Below, piece by piece: positions 30,143 to 40,362 of a stretch of 64,000 bases of DNA. The translations under genes were made by a program, and so were the position numbers. The stretch comes from Patescibacteria group bacterium. GTDB taxonomy: Bacteria > Patescibacteriota > Gracilibacteria > UBA4473. Position 1 is the stretch's first letter. Each line of letters opens with the position of its first letter. The notes beneath the pieces are model-generated. The model saw only the letters and a list, made by a program, of their open reading frames with translations, did not search any database and had not been told where the DNA came from. The DNA is taken from assembly GCA_965660445.1 (NCBI GenBank), contig CBFIAK010000001.1, positions 416,001 through 480,000 on the forward strand, in the 5' to 3' direction.

Positions 30143-31277
30143 AAATCTTCAATATTTCCTGTGTAGTTTTATCCCATGAAAAACTATGCAATCGTTTGAT
30201 TCCTTTTTCTATAAGGCTTTTTCGCAGTTCTTCTTGGGTAAGAACTTGAAGAATAACTCGGGCCATATCTTTTTCATCATGTGGGTCGAAGTAAGCCACC
30301 GCATCACCGCATATTTCAGGGATACAAGAGATGCGAGACGCACATACTGGAGTGTGAGATTGCATGGCCTCAAGAGGAGGAATGCCAAACCCTTCATATA
30401 AACTCGGAAACACAAAAACATCTGCTGCAGAATACAAATATTGTAAATCTTCAGCTGGTACGAGCCCTGGTGTGATAACACGATTTTGAAGCTTGAGCCG
30501 GTGTATTGTTTGAGGAATCTCTTGGTAATAGAAATCAGGTTTCCCCGTGAGTACAAGTTTTATGTTTTTTAAATACCTTGGACCTGTGGGAGCTTCAATA
30601 ATATCAACCAGACGTCGAAACGCGTGTAAAAGTTTTACAAGGTTTTTGTGTTCTCTCCATACGCCTGCATAAAACAGGAATGTATCGGGGATCCCATATT
30701 TTTGTTTTACTGCTTCATGGAGCAGTGGAGATGCTGGTTTGAAATCATGACTAATGCCGTTATAAATGGTTTGGATACGCTGAGAAGGAATATGAAAAAG
30801 ATTCTCCACATCGTTCTGGGTATTGCGTGAAACCGTGATGACTTTCTTTGCGTTTGTAACAGAAGATTGAATAACTTTTTTATACGCTAATTTATGAAAC
30901 CATTTATTCATTTTTTTCCCCGGATAGAAGGAAATCGTAGTATCATGAATAGTGACGATAAAGGGTTTTCTATACAGTAATGGTCTATTAAAGTGTGTAA
31001 AATGAAGCAGATCGCATTTTGCTTTATACAGATGAAAGAGAAATGAAGTTTGTTCTGATATCGAGTAATGTTTTGCGTTTACACATACCGCTCGTACATG
31101 TGGTGGGAAAGTGTCTTTAAAACGTGAATATTCAGGGTCATTCATAAAAATAACCCATTTATAGGGGAGATCTGTTTGTTGAAAAAATCTTTGTGTTATT
31201 TCAAAATTACAACGTCCAATACCAGTAAAGGTGTCAGAAAACATTCGTGCATCGATACCGATAGTAAATGAACGCAT
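30123..31277 (-). CDS. glycosyltransferase family 4 (GT-B)
   Basis: IGIDAR..TGIGR, VTIHD, HKNL, FVFPSLYEGFGIPPLEAM; start MRSF at 31277, downstream of the tRNA. Confidence 0.93.
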   Translation of the reverse strand: MRSFTIGIDARMFSDTFTGIGRCNFEITQRFFQQTDLPYKWVIFMNDPEYSRFKDTFPPHVRAVCVNAKHYSISEQTSFLFHLYKAKCDLLHFTHFNRPLLYRKPFIVTIHDTTISFYPGKKMNKWFHKLAYKKVIQSSVTNAKKVITVSRNTQNDVENLFHIPSQRIQTIYNGISHDFKPASPLLHEAVKQKYGIPDTFLFYAGVWREHKNLVKLLHAFRRLVDIIEAPTGPRYLKNIKLVLTGKPDFYYQEIPQTIHRLKLQNRVITPGLVPAEDLQYLYSAADVFVFPSLYEGFGIPPLEAMQSHTPVCASRISCIPEICGDAVAYFDPHDEKDMARVILQVLTQEELRKSLIEKGIKRLHSFSWDKTTQEILKIYAETLQ

Positions 31278-31351
31278 AAAAAACAGTTTTATTATGCAGG
31301 AATCATTCGCAATACACAATAAAAATAAAAGACTTTTGGTATGTATAAATA

Positions 31352-31427
31352 TGGGGCGGACGATGGGGATTGAACCCACGACCAACGGAACCACAACCCG
31401 TTGCTCTACCACTGAGCTACGTCCGCC
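31352..31427 (-). tRNA. tRNA-His(GTG)
   Basis: Cloverleaf GGCGGACG...CGTCCGCCCCA, anticodon loop TT-GTG-GT, G-1:C73, encoded CCA. Confidence 0.97.
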
Positions 31428-31455
31428 GTAAGGACGTGTAGAATGTATTTATTTT

Positions 31456-32415
31456 TCAATGTTTTGCAAGTTTTTTTTGTTGAAAGGATTCGTATTCTGC
31501 TATAGGGACAATGTTATGCATATCACAAAAAGATTGAACTTTGTGCGAGTAAGGAGATCGGAGTGTAAAAACATTTTGAGGTCCACAGAGATTTCTTCCG
31601 AGTAAAACACAATGAAATCGTTCAGCAATAATAATATCGGCATCGAGAAATATATTCAGTGCTTCTTCTTGTGTGCGTGGGAGCTTAACCCATGAATAGA
31701 GATGTTTTTCTTTTTCTGCATGCAAGAAATCACTGGTATGGAATGCAAGAAAATGAAGCTTATAATCGATATCAGGAAAGAGTGTTTTTAAGTGTTCGTC
31801 GAGTCGTGTTATAGAAAACGGAGCTCGAGCATTGATGAGGATATGCCGTACTGATTCTTTGGAGTGAGGAACCGTATTGTATTTCTGAAACTGAACTCGA
31901 TCGCCAACGTTTTGAACCACTTGATCTGTGCATAAAAGTATTGTTTCTTTTGAATATCGGTCTCTTACACTAAATGAATCACTGTGTTGTACTACGTATC
32001 GAACAAAAAATTTGCTCAAAAAATGAGTGGGTTCATCTACACCTTGGTGTTCAAAGTGAATAGGAACGTTGGGAAAGAGTTTTTTCATCCAGAGAAAGAC
32101 AATGAACCATAAGAGATAGGCTCGAAACTTAATAGCAAAAAGCCCGCCTCCGGGAAAGATGATAGTATCAATATGTTCTTGTACATCTTTTATTTGTTGG
32201 CGATAGATTGGGTTTCTGAGGAATGCATAAAAACTTCGAATACCTGTTGGAACAAAAGGAATGCTTTCTATTTTTTGTTGGCAAAAGGTTTCAGAATTCT
32301 TGTGGTTGTGCGTCATAACGACACTATTGGGATGTTTTAAAAGCGCATGAGCGAGAATAAGCTCATCTCCTACATTCATATCTCCAAAGTTTCCCACTAA
32401 AAGTGTTTTCTTCAT
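31456..32415 (-). CDS. polysaccharide pyruvyl transferase (CsaB-like)
   Basis: GNFGDMNVGDELIL, PGGGLF, QGV, SVRDRYS, ERFH. Confidence 0.85.
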   Translation of the reverse strand: MKKTLLVGNFGDMNVGDELILAHALLKHPNSVVMTHNHKNSETFCQQKIESIPFVPTGIRSFYAFLRNPIYRQQIKDVQEHIDTIIFPGGGLFAIKFRAYLLWFIVFLWMKKLFPNVPIHFEHQGVDEPTHFLSKFFVRYVVQHSDSFSVRDRYSKETILLCTDQVVQNVGDRVQFQKYNTVPHSKESVRHILINARAPFSITRLDEHLKTLFPDIDYKLHFLAFHTSDFLHAEKEKHLYSWVKLPRTQEEALNIFLDADIIIAERFHCVLLGRNLCGPQNVFTLRSPYSHKVQSFCDMHNIVPIAEYESFQQKKLAKH

Positions 32416-32465
32416 AGATATATCATACTTATATTTATGAATCAGAAAAGAGTGACCGGCTTATT

Positions 32466-33104
32466 TTAAGACTGAAATTCTTTATTTTTTGGTTCTGGAT
32501 GAAATCGGAGTTCTGTTTCAGAAAGGATTATTTTTGAGTTTGATTTATAGTAATCAGGATTAATATGAATTTTTATTTTCTGAATTGTTTTGAGTATCCA
32601 TTCTAAAAAAAGTATGAGTTTTTGTCTGTTCTGTGAGTATTGTATTGGTTTTGGTTTTTTTTGTAATACCGTTTTTGGAAAACTTTGTCCAAAACATTGT
32701 ATCCATTGTTGGTTGGTCTGTGCAAATTGAGGGAAAATATTATCGGGGTCATACAGAGGAATATTGTGTGAAAACAGGTGTGCGGCATACGCATCTTTTT
32801 CTTGTATTTCAAGGTTGTCTTCGGATATAAAATGATTAGGACATATTTTTTCAGCGTGATGAGTAGGGGTCGCTATTTCTTTTTTCCATTTTAAATACAG
32901 AAATACAAAAAATCGAGCCGTCCAGATTTGGTTTTTTTGGGCAATGAAAAAAAAGTCGATATCCGACTTTTTAGTAGCTCTTCCTTGAGCAATTGATCCA
33001 GAAAGAAATATTGCCTTCACACCCATAAAACGACCGAGTTTTTCTGCCATTCTTTCAGCTTTTTGATTCAGTTTCTTTAGATGACGAGGGTGTTTTTTTA
33101 TCAT
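32466..33104 (-). CDS. Pol-beta-family nucleotidyltransferase domain protein
   Basis: LSGSIAQG..KSDIDFF; IWTARF; KICPNHF. Confidence 0.82.
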   Translation of the reverse strand: MIKKHPRHLKKLNQKAERMAEKLGRFMGVKAIFLSGSIAQGRATKKSDIDFFFIAQKNQIWTARFFVFLYLKWKKEIATPTHHAEKICPNHFISEDNLEIQEKDAYAAHLFSHNIPLYDPDNIFPQFAQTNQQWIQCFGQSFPKTVLQKKPKPIQYSQNRQKLILFLEWILKTIQKIKIHINPDYYKSNSKIILSETELRFHPEPKNKEFQS

Positions 33105-33148
33105 CTATTTGTATCATAACAAAAAAAGTAAAAAAAAGTATATTCTTT

Positions 33149-33955
33149 TTAAAGGAGTGGGAGGAGCGTTGTATCCCAAGGGAATGCCTGTATTTCTGGT
33201 TCAGGTTTGTGTGTTTGAAACTCTTCACTATCGAATACTATATTTTTCATGTAGGCATATTTTTGTTGCAGGATAAAAGAATGTTTCATCTGACTTCTGA
33301 ATTTTTCACCATGGAATCGATAGAAAAGATATGTTTCAGCAAAATCTTCAAAAGGGTTTGTTTGGGCGTATCCAGAAACAAAATGAGTCGTATCATTATT
33401 TTTCTTTTCAGTGCTTGATTTCCATGAAATTCTATAAAATCCAAGACTTGGATCATCTTGAGCAATGAATGATGTTCGTGTTGAGAACTCAGAATCTTTA
33501 TTTGATGTGCCTTTTAGGAGTCCAAGGTCAACAATATGTCCCATTTCATGAGTTATAACTGAAATAAGCTCATGGTTGTCATCAATAGATTGCGTATGGA
33601 GAATCATTTTTTTATCATTGGCAAGTCCTCGTGATTGATGTTTGAAATTTCGAACCTCTATTTCTTCTAATGCATTTATATGAGATTGTGGAAGTGTCTC
33701 AAGAAGCCATCGAATATGTCTTTTTATATGGAGTATTTCTGTTCGGTCTTCTTGGGTATTTTTAAATTTAGAAGCAGAAAAATGTCCATTCCAAATTGGT
33801 TTTTGTTGTAAAGAAGGGATGAAATTTGTTTTATCTGTATTTATTGGTTGTGGCTTTGTGTTGTGAATAATACGTGCTGACGATGCAGAAGAATGCATCA
33901 CATCACTGTGTGATGGGAAAAAAGAAAATACAAATAAAAGAAAAAATACAAACAT
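33149..33955 (-). CDS. secreted zincin metallopeptidase (paralogue 1)
   Basis: Signal peptide, HEMGH, FVSGYAQTNPFEDFAETY. Confidence 0.85.
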   Translation of the reverse strand: MFVFFLLFVFSFFPSHSDVMHSSASSARIIHNTKPQPINTDKTNFIPSLQQKPIWNGHFSASKFKNTQEDRTEILHIKRHIRWLLETLPQSHINALEEIEVRNFKHQSRGLANDKKMILHTQSIDDNHELISVITHEMGHIVDLGLLKGTSNKDSEFSTRTSFIAQDDPSLGFYRISWKSSTEKKNNDTTHFVSGYAQTNPFEDFAETYLFYRFHGEKFRSQMKHSFILQQKYAYMKNIVFDSEEFQTHKPEPEIQAFPWDTTLLPLL

Positions 33956-34134
33956 GAATAAACCTATAAAAAAAGGAATTGGTTTGGTGTTTGTGTTTTT
34001 TTGTCTTTATTTTAATAAAATATTAAGAATAAAAAGTCAAGCACTCTTTGCGTGTTTTTGAGTCTTTCTTTTGATTGAAAAAATATTTTTTTTGTGCTAT
34101 AATGCACTGAATTACTTTTTTAATTTTTCCTTCC

Positions 34135-34851
34135 ATGTCAACAATTCAAGACCATATGCCCAAATCTGAGAAAGCCCGTATTTTGCATGAAAATCAGATG
34201 CAAAACGTCAGTTCGCATAGAGAATTTCAAAAAGATCGTTTTCGAGTTGCTATTTTTGGTTCTGCTCGTATTCGTCCGAATGATGCGATTTTTGAAGAGG
34301 TTATGCATTTAGCAAGAGATATTGCAAAAAAAGATATTGATGTTGTTACTGGTGGAGGTCCTGGAATTATGGAAGCGGCAAATATTGGTCATCAGATGGG
34401 AAGTAATGGAAAATCAGAATCAATAGGATTAACCATTCAGTTACCATGGGAAAACGAGGGAAATCATCATCTTGATAAGCAACAGCATTTTCAAAAATTT
34501 TCAAACAGACTCGAGACATTTATGGATTTATCAAATGTTATTGTGGTTATGCCCGGAGGAATTGGAACGTGTTTGGAATTATTTTATGCATGGCAATTGA
34601 TGCAAGTGCGTCATATTTGTTCGGTTCCTATTATTGTATACGGAAAAATGTGGCATGAGCTTGTAGAATGGGTAAAAAAGTATCCTTTGAAGGATAAATT
34701 GATAAGTCCAGAAGATATGTACAATATTTTCTGTGTTGAGAGTGAAGAAGAAATTATGAAAATTGTAAACTATCAATTTGATACGTATCAAAACAATGGA
34801 CCAGAATATTGTTTAGATAATAAGGCCTATAAAGATATTCATATTCTCTAA
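34135..34851 (+). CDS. LOG family protein (nucleotide phosphoribohydrolase-like)
   Basis: FGSAR, TGGGPGIMEAAN, PGGIGTCLEL. Confidence 0.92.
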   Translation: MSTIQDHMPKSEKARILHENQMQNVSSHREFQKDRFRVAIFGSARIRPNDAIFEEVMHLARDIAKKDIDVVTGGGPGIMEAANIGHQMGSNGKSESIGLTIQLPWENEGNHHLDKQQHFQKFSNRLETFMDLSNVIVVMPGGIGTCLELFYAWQLMQVRHICSVPIIVYGKMWHELVEWVKKYPLKDKLISPEDMYNIFCVESEEEIMKIVNYQFDTYQNNGPEYCLDNKAYKDIHIL

Positions 34852-35501
34852 TGCTTCTGCATCGCATTTCTGTTTTTCAAAATCAAAGAGATTCTCGGTT
34901 TTTGTACCGAGAATCTTTTGATAATCATGAACAATTTCCATCTGAACCAGAAAAAGACGAAAAGAAAGAACAAAAAGAATATAATGCTGAGGATATTCAC
35001 GAACATATCGATCGTATTCGTACACAAGAAGAACAAGAGAAACAAAAAGAATCCACTCTAAACGAAGACGATGTATTTGATGGATTGTATAAAAAAATTG
35101 AACAAAAAGAATCACATCAATTGTTTGAATATATCTCACAAGGAAGGATAGAAGATTTGTCACAGCATTTAGAAGCTATTTTTCAAACGAGAGAGACAAC
35201 ACTTGATATTCATCAATACGATGCATTGTGTCAATCTCTGCAACAGCGATATGCACTTGATTTTCAAAAGGTGCGAGATGTTGTACCTATGGGGAAAGAA
35301 AAGGCCATTCGTTTAGTGCTTGAGGTATCAGATGAATCGATTGAAAAAGGATACCGCGAAGAGTCTCTTGTGGTCTATGAGGGCTCTGAAAAAGCCATAC
35401 GAGAGATATTAGAGAGTAATGCAAAAACGTATCGTGAAGGAAGTGAAAGAGGCGAAGATATGTTATATGAAGGAGAAGACGATCGATATTTTATTGTTTA
35501 A
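34851..35501 (+). CDS. hypothetical acidic protein
   Basis: 216-aa ORF translationally coupled (TAATG) to the LOG gene. Confidence 0.7.
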   Translation: MLLHRISVFQNQRDSRFLYRESFDNHEQFPSEPEKDEKKEQKEYNAEDIHEHIDRIRTQEEQEKQKESTLNEDDVFDGLYKKIEQKESHQLFEYISQGRIEDLSQHLEAIFQTRETTLDIHQYDALCQSLQQRYALDFQKVRDVVPMGKEKAIRLVLEVSDESIEKGYREESLVVYEGSEKAIREILESNAKTYREGSERGEDMLYEGEDDRYFIV

Positions 35502-36403
35502 CTATTGTTTTTAAATCTTGAGAGCAGAAGGTCTCGCAGTGAAAGCCCGGTTCGTCGTACTCGAGTTCTTCCAAAAACTCTACGTCGATCATCTTTATCC
35601 TCTGCATATATAACGAGTTTATTGAGGTCAAATGGAAGAAGTGTTGTATCAGATATGATTTTGGGGTAGTTGAATGCTGAATAAAAATCAAAGATCATGT
35701 CTTGAAATAATCGTGATTTTATAAAATTATATTTTGCCATGAGTACAGGGTTTTCTGTAGCGTATTCAAAAAATCGATTTCCATGGAGCACGAAGAAGTT
35801 ATACGTTTCTGCAAAGTCTTCAAATGGGTTTGATTGAGCGTATTCAGAAACAAAATGAATATGAGGAAATGATTTACTGTTATTGCTGTTATGCCAAGAG
35901 AGATTATAAAACTCAATACTTGGATCATGCGATTCAATCATTGATCGGTTTGGGTAGTAAAATTCGGTTGTTTTATTTTGCGGTAGGTGCGGGGAATGGG
36001 TGAGATACCCAAGATCTGTGACATGCCCAATTTCATGAATAAATACCGAAACAAATTCTTCATCGGAATCTATATTGTCGGTATTTATAATAAGATGATC
36101 TTGTTTTGCCATACCTCGAGGAAGGGTCGTTGAGTAAGGATTATAATCTATTTTGAGTAAGTTTTGGTAGTGCTCTCTTGGGATTATATCGAGCACTTGT
36201 GCCATGAGTTTTATTCGTGGGTTTTCATGATCTTCTTTAAATATATCTTGGAGTTGCAATCGAAGCATTTTTTGTCGATGTGTTGCGGCTAATGTATCAA
36301 GGTGAGGAAAAAAACACTGGGCAAGAAAAAACAAAATTAACCACAGACTACAGAGTCGGTAAAGTGTGTGAAGAAATCCTGTTTTCCACGAAAAAATATA
36401 CAT
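35498..36403 (-). CDS. membrane-anchored zincin metallopeptidase (paralogue 2)
   Basis: N-terminal TM, HEIGH, FVSEYAQSNPFEDFAETY. Confidence 0.85.
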   Translation of the reverse strand: MYIFSWKTGFLHTLYRLCSLWLILFFLAQCFFPHLDTLAATHRQKMLRLQLQDIFKEDHENPRIKLMAQVLDIIPREHYQNLLKIDYNPYSTTLPRGMAKQDHLIINTDNIDSDEEFVSVFIHEIGHVTDLGYLTHSPHLPQNKTTEFYYPNRSMIESHDPSIEFYNLSWHNSNNSKSFPHIHFVSEYAQSNPFEDFAETYNFFVLHGNRFFEYATENPVLMAKYNFIKSRLFQDMIFDFYSAFNYPKIISDTTLLPFDLNKLVIYAEDKDDRRRVFGRTRVRRTGLSLRDLLLSRFKNNS

Positions 36404-36427
36404 CGTGTTATTATACCATAAATATAT

Positions 36428-36460
36428 AAAAAAACCAAGGTTGAGTCCTTGGTTTTTTTT
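36428..36460 (-). terminator. groESL terminator
   Basis: aaaaaaaccaagg-ttgagt-ccttggttttttt. Confidence 0.85.
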
Positions 36461-36488
36461 GTTTGTATAACGTGTGTGATATGTATTT

Positions 36489-38141
36489 TTACATCATACC
36501 TCCCATACCGCCCATTCCACCCATACCAGGGTGTGCATGAGCAGAATCTGCTTCTTCTTTTTTTGGAATTTCTGAAATAGCAGCTTCTGTGGTCAGGAAT
36601 ACTCCTGCGATTGAAGCAGCGTTTTCAAGAGCTGATCGAGTTACTTTCTTCGGATCAATGATACCCGCTTTGAGCATGTCCATATATTCTCCAGTAGCGG
36701 CATTGAATCCAAAATGAATATCTTTTTGAGCAAGAATTGTATTCACTACAACAGATCCCTCATAGCCTGCATTTTCTGCGATTTGTCGTACGGGTGATTC
36801 AAGTGCTTTTTGGACAATACGCACCCCAACCATTTCTTCTTCGTTTTTAAGCGTAATAGCTTTGAGTTTTTCGGCGAGTCGTAAAAGAGCAACTCCACCA
36901 CCAGATACTATCCCTTCAAGTGATGCAGCTTTTGTTGCCAAAACAGCATCTTCTATACGGTGTTTTTTCTCGTGAAGTTCTACTTCTGTAGCAGCTCCTA
37001 CTTTAATAACAGCGACTCCGCCACCAAGTTTGGCTCTGCGTTCAGCAAGTTTTTCTCGATCATAGTCAGATTTTGAGTTATCGATTTCTCGTTCAATTTC
37101 GACAATTCGTCGTTTAATGTCTTCAGAGGATCCACCTCCATCAACGACCGTTGTTGAATCTTTCGTAGAAATAACTTTTTTTGCTTTTCCTAAATCATCA
37201 AGTGTTGCATTTTCAAGTTTGAGTCCGATATCTTCACTAATAACAGTTCCACCAGTAAGGATAGCAATATCTTGAAGCATTGCTTTTCGACGTTCTCCAA
37301 ACCCAGGGGCTTTTACTCCTAATACATTGAAAGTTCCTCGAAGTTTATTCACAATAAGGGTTGCAAGTGCTTCAGATTCAATATCTTCAGCAATAATAAC
37401 CAGGTTTTTTTGTCCTGATTGAGCCACTTGTTCAAGGAGTGGGAGAATGTTTTGGATAGACGATATTTTTTTATCAGTGATAAGAATCTTTGCATCCTCA
37501 ACAATTGATGACATGTTTTCAGGGTTACTAACCATGTAAGGCGAAAGATACCCATTATCAAACTGCATTCCTTCAACAATATCTTTTTCGAGTCCGAGGG
37601 TTTGACCTTCTTCAACGGTGACGACTCCGTCGGCACCTACCTGTGCGAATACTTCCGCAATAATTTTCCCAACTTCTTCACTTTGTGCGGAAATAGTAGC
37701 GACTTGTTCCATTTTTTCATTTGAATCAATTGGTTCAGCAATATTTGCAAGTTCATTGGTAATAAACTCAGTTGCTATTCGGATTCCTTTTTGTATTGCG
37801 ATAGGATTCGCTCCTGCAGCTACGTTTTTAAGTCCTTCTTGGATAATAGCATCAGCAAGGACTGTTGCTGTTGTGGTTCCGTCTCCCGCGAGATCGTTTG
37901 TTTTTGTAGCCACTTCTTTTGCGAGTTGTGCTCCCATATTTTCATATCGGTCTTCAAACTCTATTTCTTTTGCAATAGTAACTCCATCGTTGACAACCGT
38001 TGGAGCTCCATAGCTTTTTTCGAGAATTACATTGCGTCCTTTTGGCCCCATAGTAACGCGTACAGCCTGTGCGAGCTTGTGGACTCCGTCAGCAATGCGT
38101 GATCGGGCTTCGTTTCCGTAAATTATGTTTTTTGCAGTCAT
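36489..38141 (-). CDS. groL: chaperonin GroEL
   Basis: [30 protein letters not shown] tail. Confidence 0.99.
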   Translation of the reverse strand: MTAKNIIYGNEARSRIADGVHKLAQAVRVTMGPKGRNVILEKSYGAPTVVNDGVTIAKEIEFEDRYENMGAQLAKEVATKTNDLAGDGTTTATVLADAIIQEGLKNVAAGANPIAIQKGIRIATEFITNELANIAEPIDSNEKMEQVATISAQSEEVGKIIAEVFAQVGADGVVTVEEGQTLGLEKDIVEGMQFDNGYLSPYMVSNPENMSSIVEDAKILITDKKISSIQNILPLLEQVAQSGQKNLVIIAEDIESEALATLIVNKLRGTFNVLGVKAPGFGERRKAMLQDIAILTGGTVISEDIGLKLENATLDDLGKAKKVISTKDSTTVVDGGGSSEDIKRRIVEIEREIDNSKSDYDREKLAERRAKLGGGVAVIKVGAATEVELHEKKHRIEDAVLATKAASLEGIVSGGGVALLRLAEKLKAITLKNEEEMVGVRIVQKALESPVRQIAENAGYEGSVVVNTILAQKDIHFGFNAATGEYMDMLKAGIIDPKKVTRSALENAASIAGVFLTTEAAISEIPKKEEADSAHAHPGMGGMGGMGGMM

Positions 38142-38178
38142 GTTAAATATAAGAGGTTAAAAAATACGAACAAAAAAA

Positions 38179-38475
38179 TTATTCAATAATGGCGAGTACA
38201 CTATCAGATCCCATAACATACATATCTTCTCCATCAATTTTAATTTCTGTTGGAGCATATCGAGAAAAAATCACCGTATCCCCAACGTTCATATCCATTG
38301 GAGATCTTTTTCCGTCTTTATCGATTTTACCGGGGCCAATCGCCACGACTTCTCCTTTCATAGGTTTTTCTTTAGAAGCGGTATCAGGGATTATGATACC
38401 CGATTGTGTTTTTTGTTCTTCTTCAAGTGGACGAACGATAACATTATCTTGAAGTGGTTTGAGCTTTTGTTTCAT
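38179..38475 (-). CDS. groS: co-chaperonin GroES
   Basis: LKPLQDNVIV, TQSGIIIPDTASKEKP, GEVVAIGPG. Confidence 0.98.
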   Translation of the reverse strand: MKQKLKPLQDNVIVRPLEEEQKTQSGIIIPDTASKEKPMKGEVVAIGPGKIDKDGKRSPMDMNVGDTVIFSRYAPTEIKIDGEDMYVMGSDSVLAIIE

Positions 38476-38513
38476 GATATTTTTGAGAATTAAGAAATAA
38501 ATCGTCCCCGATA

Positions 38514-38540
38514 TTAGCACTCAAGCGGTCAGAGTGTCAA
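38514..38540. promoter_or_regulatory. CIRCE element (HrcA operator) overlapping the groES promoter
   Basis: TTAGCACTC-N9-GAGTGTCAA; the variant arm reads TTGACA on the minus strand. Confidence 0.9.
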
Positions 38541-38619
38541 GTCTTTTTAAAGAAACACTGGTTGTATTTTTTATGTTTTGTTGTATACAATCCTTGAAAA
38601 ATTTTTCGATATATTTTTT

Positions 38620-38892
38620 ATGAGACGATTTGAACAAAAAGAAAAACAGGAATTACTCAAGACCGCAGTGGTGAGTTTTTTATATGAGATAAAAGAAAAG
38701 AGTCCTTATCTAGCTACTCGGGCTTTATTGAATATTCGTGAAGAAAACGAAAAAGGAGAACAATTAATACAAGACCATGTTCAAAAAACAAAAGATAGGG
38801 TTCGGCGTCTTGTTGGGGAGTGTGATGTTGACGAATGGTTAACTCCTCAAGCGTATAAAGTGTTTATAAAGAATAATAAACGATTCTTTTAG
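38620..38892 (+). CDS. hypothetical protein
   Basis: 90-aa ORF downstream of a TG-TATACAAT-like -10 region. Confidence 0.55.
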   Translation: MRRFEQKEKQELLKTAVVSFLYEIKEKSPYLATRALLNIREENEKGEQLIQDHVQKTKDRVRRLVGECDVDEWLTPQAYKVFIKNNKRFF

Positions 38893-40313
38893 TGAAGAAT
38901 CCTCCAGCGATCGAGTTTGTTTTTGATTGATTGGTTGATGCGTTTTCCAAAACCAAGGCAGTGATCTTGTGTTCGAATAAGAACCTGTTCAGGATGTGTT
39001 ATGTTGTTTTGTGAATGAGCTTCGACTGTGTATCCATAGAGAAATCGGGTTCCTTCTTCGGGAGAAACGATGATTGTGTTTTTCTGGCTTTGTTTTCCAA
39101 AATGAATGGCAAAGTGATTGGTTATGATCCCTTTTTCGAGAAGAGGAAGGCCGACAAATTCTGCTTTTATACGTTTTAGAAGCCATGAAATATCTGGTGC
39201 AGCAAGAATAAACGTTTCGTTGTATTCCAATATGCTCTGTGAGCCAAAAAGTGTTCGATCAATTCCAAATGTTTTTGAGAGAAAAGATATAATTTCTGCT
39301 CGTTGATTTTTTTTGAGTTTTTGGTATGGAGAAGAAGGGATATCGGGTGGTGTAAATGAACGTTGTGTTAGTTCTTTTTTGCGAATTCGAGCAATAAAAA
39401 AGAATTCAGAATCCCATTCTGTATTGCGTAAATGGGGATAGAATCTATACGTGAGAGATGCTGTTTTATTTGTACAAATTTCTTGTTCTTCAAAGGTGTG
39501 TATCCCATTCGTATGTGGTATATTGGCAAGTGTTATAGGAATGAGTTCAGCTTCTGGGTAGGTATCGAGAAGAAATTGTACAATCATTTCGTTTTCTTCG
39601 GGGGCTCCTGTGCAGGTTGAGTAGATCATTTCTCCTCCAAGGTTGAGCATTTCAAAGGCACTTGTGATAAGTTTTTTTTGTAGTTGTGCACAGAATGTGA
39701 TGTTTTTTTCTTTCCAGAGGGTGCGATAGAAATTTTTATCTTTCCGTCCAAATCCATCTCCACTACACGGCGCATCAAGAAGGATTCGGTCAAATTCTTC
39801 ACCAAAAAAATCTGGAAGTTGTGTCGCATCATATTGTGTAATAATGGTATTGTGCACCCCCATTCGTAGAATGTTTTGTTGAAGTGCGGGAATACGAGCT
39901 CTTTTTATTTCATTTGCAATGAGAACTCCAGTATTTTCCATTTTATCAGCAATAAAAGTGGTCTTTGATCCTGGTGAAGCGCACATATCAAGAATTTTTT
40001 CATTGGGTTTTGGGTCAAGGCACTCAACCGCCAAAAGAGAGCTCAAGCTTGAAGAATACCATTCGCCACAAAAATGAGGAATGGTTTTTCCGATGGGAGT
40101 GGGGCTATTGTAGAAGAATGCGTTTTGAATACTGGTTTTTTTGAGTTCAAAATTATTGTTCTTGGTTATATTTATTATTCTTATTGTTTTTGGGAGGGGG
40201 TCGGTGCAGTGTTCTAAAAAGGTATCCCATTCGGTATGAGGGATTATAGATTTCATTCGTTCAATCCATCGAGGGGGGAATTTTTCTGTTGATTTTTTAT
40301 AAGAATTCTTCAT
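38889..40313 (-). CDS. RsmF/NOL1/NOP2-family RNA m5C methyltransferase
   Basis: LDMCASPGSKT, ANE, ILLDAPCSG, YSTCT..PEENE; C-terminal PUA-like region. Confidence 0.92.
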   Translation of the reverse strand: MKNSYKKSTEKFPPRWIERMKSIIPHTEWDTFLEHCTDPLPKTIRIINITKNNNFELKKTSIQNAFFYNSPTPIGKTIPHFCGEWYSSSLSSLLAVECLDPKPNEKILDMCASPGSKTTFIADKMENTGVLIANEIKRARIPALQQNILRMGVHNTIITQYDATQLPDFFGEEFDRILLDAPCSGDGFGRKDKNFYRTLWKEKNITFCAQLQKKLITSAFEMLNLGGEMIYSTCTGAPEENEMIVQFLLDTYPEAELIPITLANIPHTNGIHTFEEQEICTNKTASLTYRFYPHLRNTEWDSEFFFIARIRKKELTQRSFTPPDIPSSPYQKLKKNQRAEIISFLSKTFGIDRTLFGSQSILEYNETFILAAPDISWLLKRIKAEFVGLPLLEKGIITNHFAIHFGKQSQKNTIIVSPEEGTRFLYGYTVEAHSQNNITHPEQVLIRTQDHCLGFGKRINQSIKNKLDRWRILH

Positions 40314-40362
40314 TGTGTTGTGGTTAAAATAAGTGTTTCTTTCTTTTTTGCAATAGGTACTC

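Noticed and set aside
31278-31412. Upstream extension of the GT4 ORF
   Set aside because: Runs through tRNA-His; family similarity begins at MRSFTIGID
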